Of a stretch of 64,000 nt of DNA, positions 31,706 to 41,121 are shown in pieces. The position numbers and the translations under genes are program-made. The notes beneath the pieces were generated by a model that was given only the letters and a program-made list of their open reading frames with translations, did not search any database and had not been told where the DNA came from. The stretch spans positions 1 to 64,000 of the forward strand of contig CAVSBO010000005.1 in NCBI GenBank assembly GCA_963726195.1. The letters are read 5' to 3'. Numbering within the stretch: the stretch's first letter is position 1; every line of letters begins with the position of its first letter. Source of the stretch: Candidatus Thorarchaeota archaeon (GTDB taxonomy: Archaea; Asgardarchaeota; Thorarchaeia; Thorarchaeales; Thorarchaeaceae).

Positions 31706-32956
31706 TCAGCTGATCATCCCTTCTCTTTCGAACAGCTTCGCGCCGATTATGAGAAAGACCGCTGTGAAGCCCAACATATACAGGACATTGAGTGCGAGGC
31801 TCAACGGAGAAGCAACTCCCGAAAGGACGCCGTTGAGGAACACAATTGCTTGACTGAATGGGATGGCCATTACAATGAAACCAAACAGGCCACCGTACTG
31901 GAGGATGCTGCCAGTGAAGGCAAGGATACCGATGACTGTAGTTGGCAAGAGTAGAACGAGATTGTTTATGGACTCTGAAGTAGCCTGATCTCTCGAAAGG
32001 CAAGAAATGACCACACCAATGCCGATGGCACAAAGGAGAATCAGGAACTGGCAGAAGAAGATGAGCGGAAGGCTTGCGATGTTCACTGAATAGAGATTCA
32101 CGAAGTATGCGACCACATCCGCCGGAAATCCCTCAACTCTCGCCAAGATTGACCAGTTGTAAATTAGTATACCCACAATAGTGAAGGCCGAGTATATCAT
32201 CGTGAGGACTAGCCCCGCAACAAGCTTTGCGCCGAGAATCTTCACGCGTTTCATCGGAACGACAAGCAATGCCTCAAGCGTATGCGTCTCTCTTTCACCC
32301 GCGAAGGACGCACTCACATAGGGAGCGGGAGCGAGTACCGAGGTGATCATAACAAGGAAAATGGCCAGCTGATGGCCATACGTGGCTTCCGGCGCAATCG
32401 TGTACCAGTTCACCTGAAGTTCCCTGATGACTATGCTCCGATCGATAACCCACCTTGCGAAAGTATCAATCCTCTGCGCCGCAGCTGTTGACCTTATGCT
32501 GCCTGTGTTAACCCAGATTACGAGTGTGCTCTGATTGGCCGTCATGAGTTGTTGTGTGAAGTTTTCAGGTATTAGTACCCACACAGACACGCTCCGGTTG
32601 GCGACAAGGCTCTCTCCCTGTGCTTGTGTCACATTGATTAGAGGGTCAATCAGTAGGTTGGTCGTATTGGTCTCAATGGCGTCATAGAGTGTCATGCCCC
32701 AAGTGCCATTGTCGGCTAGGGTGATATAGACCTGCTCGGGTTCTACGGTTGTCTGTGCCACAATAAGAGAGAGGAAGGCGCCTTGGAAGAGCCAAGCGAA
32801 CAGCGGGCTGATCACGAAACCGAACAGTAGCCATCTGGATCTCAAGACGGACCTGATTTCCTTTCTGAGCAACCAAACGGTCTTCGTGTCTATTCTCACA
32901 GGGCTCACTGTCCAAGCACAGTCATTCTGCTTTCTGACCCTGCAGAATTCGCACAC
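31706..32956 (-). CDS. ABC-2 type exporter permease (NatB-like); start likely ~32900
   Basis: LLRKEIRSVLR, GERETHTLEALLVVP..RVKILGAK, 6 TM. Confidence 0.88.
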   Translation of the reverse strand: MCEFCRVRKQNDCAWTVSPVRIDTKTVWLLRKEIRSVLRSRWLLFGFVISPLFAWLFQGAFLSLIVAQTTVEPEQVYITLADNGTWGMTLYDAIETNTTNLLIDPLINVTQAQGESLVANRSVSVWVLIPENFTQQLMTANQSTLVIWVNTGSIRSTAAAQRIDTFARWVIDRSIVIRELQVNWYTIAPEATYGHQLAIFLVMITSVLAPAPYVSASFAGERETHTLEALLVVPMKRVKILGAKLVAGLVLTMIYSAFTIVGILIYNWSILARVEGFPADVVAYFVNLYSVNIASLPLIFFCQFLILLCAIGIGVVISCLSRDQATSESINNLVLLLPTTVIGILAFTGSILQYGGLFGFIVMAIPFSQAIVFLNGVLSGVASPLSLALNVLYMLGFTAVFLIIGAKLFEREGMIS

Positions 32957-32993
32957 GGTAATCGGATAACGTTTGCGTTCTCGTTTACGGCAG

Positions 32994-34454
32994 CTAGGGT
33001 ATGCGGGAGACTATAGGGTCCGTGATCTTCTCCAAGACTTCGGCAGCGGCCCGCCCCAACAGTCCACCCTTTCGCAATCGATGCTGAGCAAGCCCCTTGT
33101 ATGATGCAAGACGCAGCTTGGCTTCGCTGAAGTTCGTAGCAAACAGGAGGTCATGTCTCCCCGCCGCTCCTCGCTGTTTACGCCATTCCGGTTCTGTAAT
33201 CCGTTTCTCGACTTTCGTGTAAAGACCTGTGCCGATTATTGGATATGGGAAGGAGTAGGACAGATAGTCGAGAGGCAGTCGAGAGGAGAAACGAAGAGTC
33301 TCGAGGAGAGATGAGTTTGTCTCACCCGGATAGCCGATGATGAAGAAACCACCTGTCTGAATCCCTGCGCTTCTCGCAGCAGACACAGCAGACTTGACAT
33401 CGCTAAGCCGTATCCTCTTGTTCATGATTTTGAGCATTCGTTCGTTTCCCGATTCGATTCCGAAGAAGACGCGCACGCAACCTGCTTTTCTCATCTTTCT
33501 GGCAAGGTCATCAACAAACCCGTCAACGCGGCTCAAACACATCCACTCGAGGTCGATTTTCTCCCCGATGATAAGGTCGCAGATTTCCTCAACTCTGTGT
33601 GGATTCTGTGTGAAGCAGTCATCCGCAAAGAAAACCCTGTCGTAGCCGAGCTTCTCTATGCCCTCCATCTCTTTCACAACATTTTCGGCAGACCTTTCCC
33701 TGTAGGATCTGCCAAACACAGGATTGCTGCAGAAATCGCAGGAATAAGGGCAGCCCCTCGTAGTGATTTGGCTGGTGGCAGTATAGCCATGGTACATTCT
33801 CCAGTATCTCATGTATGCCCGATTGGGATACATATCACGGGCTGGAAATGGAATCGCATCGAGTTCCCTGCACACCTCACGGGGTTCTGTTTTTCTCAGC
33901 TCACCTCTTTCACCAGCGAAAGCGATGCCTTTGGTTTCCTTCCATTCTTCGCCGGTCAGATACTTGGTCACCAGCTCAAGAAAGGTCTTCTCGCCCTCAT
34001 GTAGTACTACAGCGTCGAACAGGTCCAGAAAGGTTTCAGGGACCAGTGTGGGAAGAGGACCACCGGCAACGAGGAACTCCACATGATCTCTCAGGTCCTT
34101 AGCGAATGCTGTGGCATGATGGTTTATTGTCACCATTGAGTATATGCCCACTATTCGTGGTCTGAGTTTTCGGACAGCGGAAAGAGCATCTTCATACCTC
34201 GAAAAAGTGCAATCAATGAGTTGAACCGATATGCCCGCCTCTCGGAGGGTCGACGCGAGGTATCCGAGTCCTAGGGGAGGATATCTGAAGATTGACCGAT
34301 CGCGTTCTTCGTTAAAATAGGGGTTTACCAATACTACCTCGGTCAAATCTGTTCCGTCCGAAACAGGAATGCTGTTGTCACGACCAGCTTTTTTGACCAC
34401 AAGCCGCAATATGTTCTTTTTCTCTTGACCTGAGGAATCACAAGACCTACTCAA
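32994..34454 (-). CDS. B12-binding radical SAM protein
   Basis: YPPLGLGYLAS, TRGCPYSCDFC, GIESG, GYPGET. Confidence 0.93.
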   Translation of the reverse strand: MSRSCDSSGQEKKNILRLVVKKAGRDNSIPVSDGTDLTEVVLVNPYFNEERDRSIFRYPPLGLGYLASTLREAGISVQLIDCTFSRYEDALSAVRKLRPRIVGIYSMVTINHHATAFAKDLRDHVEFLVAGGPLPTLVPETFLDLFDAVVLHEGEKTFLELVTKYLTGEEWKETKGIAFAGERGELRKTEPREVCRELDAIPFPARDMYPNRAYMRYWRMYHGYTATSQITTRGCPYSCDFCSNPVFGRSYRERSAENVVKEMEGIEKLGYDRVFFADDCFTQNPHRVEEICDLIIGEKIDLEWMCLSRVDGFVDDLARKMRKAGCVRVFFGIESGNERMLKIMNKRIRLSDVKSAVSAARSAGIQTGGFFIIGYPGETNSSLLETLRFSSRLPLDYLSYSFPYPIIGTGLYTKVEKRITEPEWRKQRGAAGRHDLLFATNFSEAKLRLASYKGLAQHRLRKGGLLGRAAAEVLEKITDPIVSRIP

Positions 34455-35307
34455 TATGACCTGCCAATTCCCTCAGGCTGCCAAAACGGACTTTGTACTC
34501 AACGATATTGACGGTCGGCGGTACGGAAAGTATCACCCCGCTCCAGGAGGTGTGATTAGAGAAGGTCTCTCTGCCACGAAAAGCAGAAACACCCTGCGGA
34601 ATGTCAATCCGAAAACCAAGCTTGATTGATGGCGCGTATAGCACTGCCGACTTCGCTCGCATCACTGACCAGCCAGATATGCTGTCTCCACTCAATTTGA
34701 GTCCGCTGTCATCGAGATAATGTTTGAAAAGATGGCCGCCCATTTCGTTTGACACATAGACCTTCTGCAATCCGTCGTGAGATACGTCATCAAGGTTGAC
34801 GCTAACATTGATGACCCCTCGAGTAGTATCTAACGCATAAGTGCTGGACGCCCAGCCGCGATCACGCACGTGCACAAATCTAGAGTATGTTACACGTACC
34901 AGATGCCGCGATCTCAGTTCGGGTGGGCCAATGGCGTTCATGATTATACCTCCCAGTCCGGACTTATACACTCGGTTCCAGAGTCGTCGGCCTACCCATG
35001 AGAATGTATTAATCGACACATCATCCTTGTCCTCTGTGCGTTCGACGAGATCGTATCTGAAGCGTTTCTGCCAAGTACCAGTGAGCAACTTGCCTTCTCT
35101 TGTTGCATCCGCTGAACCGGGAAAGTAGAAGTCTCTCGCGTACTGGAGGATTGGGAGCCCGAAACCAACACCCTCTTCGCAGAGCTCACCTTCGCTCTTC
35201 TCCAAGCCCGGCACCAAACCCTTCTGTACGGGCGAGGATCTTCCTGTGTGTGGTCGTGAGTCGTTGTAGAGATAGTACGCGAGATTGGCCTTGGCAACGA
35301 CCGTCAA
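34447..35307 (-). CDS. Hypothetical protein co-transcribed with the radical SAM gene
   Basis: 286-aa ORF abutting the neighbouring minus-strand genes. Confidence 0.7.
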   Translation of the reverse strand: MTVVAKANLAYYLYNDSRPHTGRSSPVQKGLVPGLEKSEGELCEEGVGFGLPILQYARDFYFPGSADATREGKLLTGTWQKRFRYDLVERTEDKDDVSINTFSWVGRRLWNRVYKSGLGGIIMNAIGPPELRSRHLVRVTYSRFVHVRDRGWASSTYALDTTRGVINVSVNLDDVSHDGLQKVYVSNEMGGHLFKHYLDDSGLKLSGDSISGWSVMRAKSAVLYAPSIKLGFRIDIPQGVSAFRGRETFSNHTSWSGVILSVPPTVNIVEYKVRFGSLRELAGHIE

Positions 35308-35325
35308 GTTGAGGTGCCCTCTCTC

Positions 35326-36135
35326 CTATTTTTCGTAGACACCTTCTCCTGTCACCAAGCCGGTGAAGACTTCCTCGAGGTTGGCTGCCTTGAACTTCGT
35401 CTCTAGTTCGCTTGGTTTGCCGATGGCCACAAGTTTGCCTTCGTTTAGGATAGCCACCCTAGAGCACAGTTCCGATACTTCGTTCAAATCATGAGTTGTG
35501 AGGATTATGGTCTGTTTCTTTTCGGAGCTGAGCTTCTTGAGTAGGTTCCTTACCACCCTCGCCCCAATCGTGTCAATCCCCGTCGTGGGCTCGTCCATGA
35601 AGATGATTTCGGGCTCTATGATTAGAGCGCGCGCAACCAAAACCTTTCTCTTCATGCCTCCACTGAATCCCTTGACTTGGTAGTCCTGTTTGTCAGTAAG
35701 ACCTACTATGTCGAGCAGGTTGTCTGCTCTGTGCTGCAGTTCTTCGTTTGGGATTCCATACATCCCCCCGTAGTAGACTAGGTTCTCCCGGGCTGTAAGC
35801 CTTTCATATACTCCCGCCTCTTGAGGTAGAAGTGCGACCCGCGGACGGATGTCATCAATGTATTGAACAACGTCCTTGCCAAGGACCGTGGCTTTTCCAG
35901 ATGTGGGAGTAAGAAGACCTACAAGAATCCGAATCAGTGTTGTCTTGCCCGCACCGTTCGGACCCAGCAATCCGAAGACCTCTCCCCTGCCTATCTCCAA
36001 ATCCACGTTGTCAAGTGCGATGACCTCACGTTTTCTGCCCTTCTCGAAAATCTTGGTGAGCTGCTCCGTCTTGATAACAACATCGTCCAATTGGTCTGGC
36101 CTCCCAGCTCTCCATGCCTCGTCATACTTGGTCAT
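35326..36135 (-). CDS. ABC transporter ATP-binding protein
   Basis: GPNGAGKTT, FSGGM, IFMDEPT, TTH. Confidence 0.95.
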   Translation of the reverse strand: MTKYDEAWRAGRPDQLDDVVIKTEQLTKIFEKGRKREVIALDNVDLEIGRGEVFGLLGPNGAGKTTLIRILVGLLTPTSGKATVLGKDVVQYIDDIRPRVALLPQEAGVYERLTARENLVYYGGMYGIPNEELQHRADNLLDIVGLTDKQDYQVKGFSGGMKRKVLVARALIIEPEIIFMDEPTTGIDTIGARVVRNLLKKLSSEKKQTIILTTHDLNEVSELCSRVAILNEGKLVAIGKPSELETKFKAANLEEVFTGLVTGEGVYEK

Positions 36136-36902
36136 GCAACGTTGTCAATATGCGGGAAGGGTGGTTCTCCTTTAATCTTGGATAAGAGAAAGTCGTGAGC
36201 TTCCTTTACGTCTTCGTCCTCTCCTTCCACAAACAGAGTAACAGACCCTTCAGCACCATTGACCCCGCCAGCGGCTATTGGTGTTGCCGTCACTCCAAAG
36301 AGTGTGTCGAGTGCTTCAATCTCCGTGAACGGGATTCCTTCCAGAACTGCGATTGCTCCCACAGGCATGCCCACTGTGTAGTCCCAGTCAGAGAGTCCAA
36401 ATGAGTGACAAAATTCGGCATAGGCCACAGGTATGCACTTCTCCAAGCTGGCGGGCATAATCACTGTTATGTTCCTTGCCGCGGCGGCACCAATGAATGA
36501 GCCAATTGATCCTCCCGTCGGATTCGCGAGTAGTATTATGGGCACAAAGTCTGAATCCAGTGCGTTAGGGCTTTTTACTATGACATCCCCCGGCCCAAGT
36601 TCGCCGAGCACATCTACGATTTTCTTGTTATCGATATACCGCCCCTTGTAAAAGATTGCATCGTATGAACGGGTTTCTCTCATTGTCACAGACAATCCCT
36701 TTGGTACAACTACTCCCGCGACGTGCTTAGCCTTGTCGTACTTGCCGAGTATCTCTTCCACAAGATACGACGAGGTTGTTCCCAGAGCTATGCATAGGTG
36801 TCCTTCTTTCAAGGCATTGCGAACGGAATCAGTGGCCAGAAGTCCCTTTGCGATGAGTCTCTTGCCTTCAGCAGGGGTCAATGTAACTAGAAGCTTCTTC
36901 AA
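36132..36902 (-). CDS. Conserved hypothetical protein
   Basis: LTPAEGKRLIAKG, GTTSSY, GGSIG, LEK, TEIEAL..LFGV...IAAGGVNGAEGS; 4-nt overlap with the ABC ATPase gene. Confidence 0.75.
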   Translation of the reverse strand: MKKLLVTLTPAEGKRLIAKGLLATDSVRNALKEGHLCIALGTTSSYLVEEILGKYDKAKHVAGVVVPKGLSVTMRETRSYDAIFYKGRYIDNKKIVDVLGELGPGDVIVKSPNALDSDFVPIILLANPTGGSIGSFIGAAAARNITVIMPASLEKCIPVAYAEFCHSFGLSDWDYTVGMPVGAIAVLEGIPFTEIEALDTLFGVTATPIAAGGVNGAEGSVTLFVEGEDEDVKEAHDFLLSKIKGEPPFPHIDNVA

Positions 36903-37035
36903 GATGCTGCTCTCCGCAGTGATGTTATCCAGTCGCAGTATTCATGCAACCATCATTGTGCTGACAGCGGACACCTTTTAATAACTCGATTGGATTCAAT
37001 GTTGTTCTCACTCGGGCAGTATCCCTCTGCCACGA

Positions 37036-38037
37036 GTGACATCACATGCCGATGCGATAGTAATGAGCATGACTTCATCGCGAAAGCTTGAGCCCTCGGT
37101 TATCCGCCAGATCATCACTGCTGCAGAGTCGCTCTTACATGGCGGGTTCGATGCAGTATCAAACGGGATCAAGAAACCGTTCGTTATTGGTTCCATGTTC
37201 CATGATGCACCAGCTTGGGATTCAACGATAGCAGGTCTGACCGCAGCGAGACTGGGCTGTTCTCATGTTGGTTTTCCCGAAGAGGAAGGCCGCGCGATAT
37301 CATCTGAAGAGACAATCAGTCAGCTCGAGTGGTTTGGCCGGTTGGTTGACATCCTGTTAGTGGCTTACATTGATAGAAACTCGTTCGGAGCCGGCCATTT
37401 GCTGATGGAACGTCTTTGCTCCAACCTTGAATTGCACTCGGTGTGCGTGCGAGATGAAGTGTTCGCAGATCAGTCTGCCCTTGCCGAGCTTCTTGGCTTC
37501 TCTCATGCATTACGTGGTCTCGAGAAACGCAGGATTGTGATAAGCTGGGGTTTTGGCTCTCAGTTTGTTCTCCCTAGCACGGCACACAGCCTGCTCCTCT
37601 CTGCCTTAACCATGGGCTCCAACGTGCGTGTAGTCTGTCCATCAAGGTTTCCGCTTCTGAAACGTGTTGCCAGAGAGGCCCGAGACATAGCCAAGTCGAG
37701 TGGCGCCGGTTTCGAAGAGTCCCAAGAGTTTGAAGGTTCTTTCAATGATGCAGATGCTGTCTTTGCCTCGAACTGGTGCAGACTTGATGACCTCAATCAC
37801 CCCGAGAGATATCCAGCCTACGCATCAGAATTCAAGGACTGGTACTTTGATTCCGGGACTCTCCCTGAAGACTGTGTTTTTAGCTCCGAGTATCCGACAG
37901 AGACCGAGTTGCTGGTTGCGCCCTCGGTCATTCATGGTGATGACAGCATCGCATCGTCTTGGCTTAGCCGCAGAACCTCAACTTTGGCTGCATCGATTGA
38001 CTGGTTTCTGCAGACACACGGGGATCGGGCCAAGTGA
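37036..38037 (+). CDS. Carbamoyltransferase-fold protein, YgeW-like, with degenerate catalytic motifs
   Basis: ISWGFGSQFVLPSTAHSL, GSNVRVVCP, FEESQEFEGSFNDADAVFASNW, FKDWY follow the YgeW/OTCase pattern; no STRT, HPxQ or HCLP. Confidence 0.7.
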   Translation: MTSHADAIVMSMTSSRKLEPSVIRQIITAAESLLHGGFDAVSNGIKKPFVIGSMFHDAPAWDSTIAGLTAARLGCSHVGFPEEEGRAISSEETISQLEWFGRLVDILLVAYIDRNSFGAGHLLMERLCSNLELHSVCVRDEVFADQSALAELLGFSHALRGLEKRRIVISWGFGSQFVLPSTAHSLLLSALTMGSNVRVVCPSRFPLLKRVAREARDIAKSSGAGFEESQEFEGSFNDADAVFASNWCRLDDLNHPERYPAYASEFKDWYFDSGTLPEDCVFSSEYPTETELLVAPSVIHGDDSIASSWLSRRTSTLAASIDWFLQTHGDRAK

Positions 38038-38247
38038 CCGAGGGCAAGAGGCAGCTGCGGAAAGATGGGACAAACTTGGACATCGACTCGTAGGAGCTTA
38101 CAAGCTCGGGTGAGGAATCCAGTCGTCGAGGCTGGAGCGACACGAACTCGACCTCAAGCAGTCTGAGCCCAGTGCCGTTTCTGGGCGGACGAAGGCTCCT
38201 GTGTCCATCTCTGTCCGATTAACAAATGAACGGTTCGACAAGCCGAC

Positions 38248-39447
38248 TCAGTTGACGATATGCTTCGCATACCTTTTGTCGACTACCGGCGACCAAAGTC
38301 GCGGGCTTGCCACTGTGATCAGTGGTAGAAACTCTACCTCGTCATTTCGCGCGACATTCGGGCGGTCGACTTTCGCCCTCCCGACCACAGCATTGCCACG
38401 GTCGGATATGTTCCTGGCGGCATTCAAGTCTGCGTGAATCGAGAACCCGCATCGCTTGCACACGAACTCGGAACCGTGCCGATTGCTCTTGGCAACATGC
38501 CCGCATCGCGAGCACCGCTGGCTCGTGTATTTCGGGTTCACAAAGAGCACCATCTTGCCCGCTTCGAGCGCCTTGTTCTCCATGGTCTGCTCGAGCTGAT
38601 AATATGCCCAGTTCGCGAACTTCTTGCGGGCCTGCTTGCCAATGCGACGATCTTTCTTGCTGTTGGTCTTAATCCCCTTCAAGTCCTCCAAGACGATGCA
38701 ATCGAACGGCTTGGCCACAAGCCACTTGGCGATTCTGCAATTCTCTTCAGTCATAAACCGTCTTTCCCGCCCCGCGAGCGCCTTGAGCTTTCGCTTGCAG
38801 CGGCGGGTGCCTTTTGACTGGAGGGATTTCCGCAAGTACTGGTACTTGTATTTCACGTTCTTGATGTGGTTCGAACTGTAGAACGTGTTGTCAGACGCGA
38901 CGACTGCGTTGTTGATGCCGCGGTCCACGCCTAGGAAGGTAACCGGGTAATCATTCACAATGGGGTCGGGTACCTCGATGTTCAGGAACGCGATTATCTT
39001 GTCCTTCTTTACCCTGAGCACGACAGCATTCACGGTCGAGAATTGATACTTTCTAAAATACTCCGGAATGACGAGCGGATAGGTCTTGCGCCCGTCAACG
39101 GTCGAAATGGAGATTCTCCCGCTTTCCAAGAACGGGGTGAATGTGCGCTGGTTCAATCGTATCGAAGACATCGGTTTCTTCACTGGCTTCCCGCATTGCC
39201 AGTTCTTCTTGTTGGCCAGTTTGAGCGATGCCGATGCCATGTCCCGCGCACATTGCACGAGCGATGACTGCAAGCGCGGCAATCGTTTCCGGATGGATGA
39301 ATAGGTCGCCGCGTGGAGCACGTTCTTATTGTACGTTCTCCGATTCCATCCAGCGCCCATAACACCGTTCGCCGCGTCATTGTACTGACGGATGGTCTCG
39401 GCCAGAGAGGAGTCGGGCGGCAACGGGCATTGGATAGTGCGAATCAT
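38248..39447 (-). CDS. tnpB: RNA-guided endonuclease TnpB
   Basis: RuvC-I GVDRG, RuvC-II VLEDL, YTSQRCSRCG...CKRCG zinc finger, RuvC-III HADLNAARNI. Confidence 0.95.
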   Translation of the reverse strand: MIRTIQCPLPPDSSLAETIRQYNDAANGVMGAGWNRRTYNKNVLHAATYSSIRKRLPRLQSSLVQCARDMASASLKLANKKNWQCGKPVKKPMSSIRLNQRTFTPFLESGRISISTVDGRKTYPLVIPEYFRKYQFSTVNAVVLRVKKDKIIAFLNIEVPDPIVNDYPVTFLGVDRGINNAVVASDNTFYSSNHIKNVKYKYQYLRKSLQSKGTRRCKRKLKALAGRERRFMTEENCRIAKWLVAKPFDCIVLEDLKGIKTNSKKDRRIGKQARKKFANWAYYQLEQTMENKALEAGKMVLFVNPKYTSQRCSRCGHVAKSNRHGSEFVCKRCGFSIHADLNAARNISDRGNAVVGRAKVDRPNVARNDEVEFLPLITVASPRLWSPVVDKRYAKHIVN

Positions 39448-39550
39448 AGATCTGTGATTTCCGTATACCTCATTAGAGCTTAAATCCTCATATCCCGGGG
39501 CAGCGATTTGTCCCCCGACTGAAGTCGGTTCTTCCTAGTTGCGCCTCTTT
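38278..39550 (-). mobile_element. tnpB-only IS200/IS605-family element (non-autonomous)
   Basis: Left-end hairpin CCGACTTCAGTCGG (39515-39528), related right-end hairpin CCCGCGACTTTGGTCGCCGG (38286-38305) ending GTAGTCGAC; TTCAT immediately outside the left end; no tnpA. Confidence 0.75.
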
Positions 39551-39579
39551 ATGAAGAGAATAGAATGTGGTCCTGAGAT

Positions 39580-40683
39580 ATGTGGCACATACTGAGACCG
39601 GACTCTGCAAGTGTCTGGAAAGATGCCGAGACTCTGCAAAGACTTCGGAGATACAGAGGCATCATTGACGGTCGTCGTGCCGCGAAGTATCTAATAGCCA
39701 AGCAAGTGGAGTCCGACTTGGATTGCAGTGCCTCAATCAAAGAGCTTTGGTCTCACCATACTGCGCTCGCTAGTAGGTTTGCAAAGCGCCTAAAGGAGGT
39801 CGACGGCAGGAAGGGAGCATTGCCACCGACAGAACCCCCTGAGACGACATTCCTTGATGTGAAAATCGAGCTGGCGCGCAGAATCTTGCAGAACTGTCAT
39901 TTTTGTGAACGAAAATGCGGAGTGGACCGCACGCGTGATGAGAAAGGGTGGTGCAAGTTGGGCCCCGAGTCTCGTGTATCCTCAGCTTTCATTCACACTG
40001 GTGAAGAGGCCCCACTCGTGCCGAGTGGCACCATCTTCTTCGCATCCTGTTGTTTTTCCTGCGTCTTCTGTCAAAACGCAGACATCTCAACGAATCCAAG
40101 CTCAGGGGACATTGTACAGCCCCATCAGTTGGCCTCTATTGCAGAGGCCCTTTACCGAGAGGGTGCGCTAAACATCAACTACGTAGGCGGGGACCCTATC
40201 CCGAACACGTACTCGATTCTATCCTCGATGAGGTTCCAGTTATCCAATGTCACTCAGTTATGGAATTCCAATCTCTACTGCTCCGAAGACACAATGCGTC
40301 TGCTTGGAGAGGTCATCGACATATGGCTTCCAGATTTCAAGTACGGCAATGATGATTGTGCGCTGAGGCTTTCAAGTGCGAGGGACTACTTCGCCATTGT
40401 TTGCAGAAATCACGTCAAGGCCTACAACTCGGGCGAAGTGGTTGTCAGACACCTTGTGTTGCCGAACCATGTTGAGTGCTGTACCTACCCGATTCTGGAT
40501 TGGATATCAAAGAATATGCCCGACTGCATGGTCAACCTGATGGATCAGTACAGACCTGAGCACAAGGTAAGAACCCGGCCACAGGACTTCCCTGACATAA
40601 GCAGAAGAGTCACGACGGAAGAAATGCGGAAGGTTAGAAAAAGAGCAGACGAATTGGGTATATGTTGGGCGCCCGTCAGCTGA
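39580..40683 (+). CDS. PflX-like radical SAM protein
   Basis: CHFCERKCGVDR, GEEAPLVPSGTIFFASCCFSCVFCQN, VGGDP, DFKYGN, VRHLVLPNH, MDQYRP. Confidence 0.9.
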   Translation: MWHILRPDSASVWKDAETLQRLRRYRGIIDGRRAAKYLIAKQVESDLDCSASIKELWSHHTALASRFAKRLKEVDGRKGALPPTEPPETTFLDVKIELARRILQNCHFCERKCGVDRTRDEKGWCKLGPESRVSSAFIHTGEEAPLVPSGTIFFASCCFSCVFCQNADISTNPSSGDIVQPHQLASIAEALYREGALNINYVGGDPIPNTYSILSSMRFQLSNVTQLWNSNLYCSEDTMRLLGEVIDIWLPDFKYGNDDCALRLSSARDYFAIVCRNHVKAYNSGEVVVRHLVLPNHVECCTYPILDWISKNMPDCMVNLMDQYRPEHKVRTRPQDFPDISRRVTTEEMRKVRKRADELGICWAPVS

Positions 40684-40758
40684 ACTCTCTTTTCCATTTG
40701 ATGACACCCAGTTCGCAACGTTCTAAAGGCCAGCATCTGAGATTCGTTCGGTGGTACT

Positions 40759-40989
40759 ATGTGTCTGGCAGTCCCTGGTCTCGTTGAGAGTATTGAAGGG
40801 GATTATGCTGAAGTGGACTTCGGGGGTGTTCGCAAAAGAGTATGCATAACTCTCTTGCCAAACCTGCGAGTGGGCGAGTACGTCATCGTTCACACGGGAT
40901 ATGCCATCGAGAGTCTGAAACCGGACGAAGCGAAGAAGACCCTGGCACTCTTCGAAGACATGGCTCGAATAGCAGACAAAAGCGAATAA
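40759..40989 (+). CDS. hypC: Hydrogenase maturation chaperone HypC
   Basis: MCLAVPG...AEVDFGGV...VGEYVIVHTGYAI. Confidence 0.96.
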   Translation: MCLAVPGLVESIEGDYAEVDFGGVRKRVCITLLPNLRVGEYVIVHTGYAIESLKPDEAKKTLALFEDMARIADKSE

Positions 40990-41121
40990 TGATGGACGCA
41001 TGCCTGCATTGATTCCGTATCTCGTTAGCGAACAGCAGGCAATGTCTGCCAGAATCCACTAGGTTCATATCGCAGGTAATCTGCTGCACCATCAATACCG
41101 CGTTTGAGGAGATAGAGCAGC

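Noticed and set aside
38041-38080. Resemblance to a c-di-GMP-I riboswitch (AGGGCAA...GAAAGATGGGAC)
   Set aside because: The P2 stem does not pair, and the downstream GCAAAGCC/P3 elements are absent.
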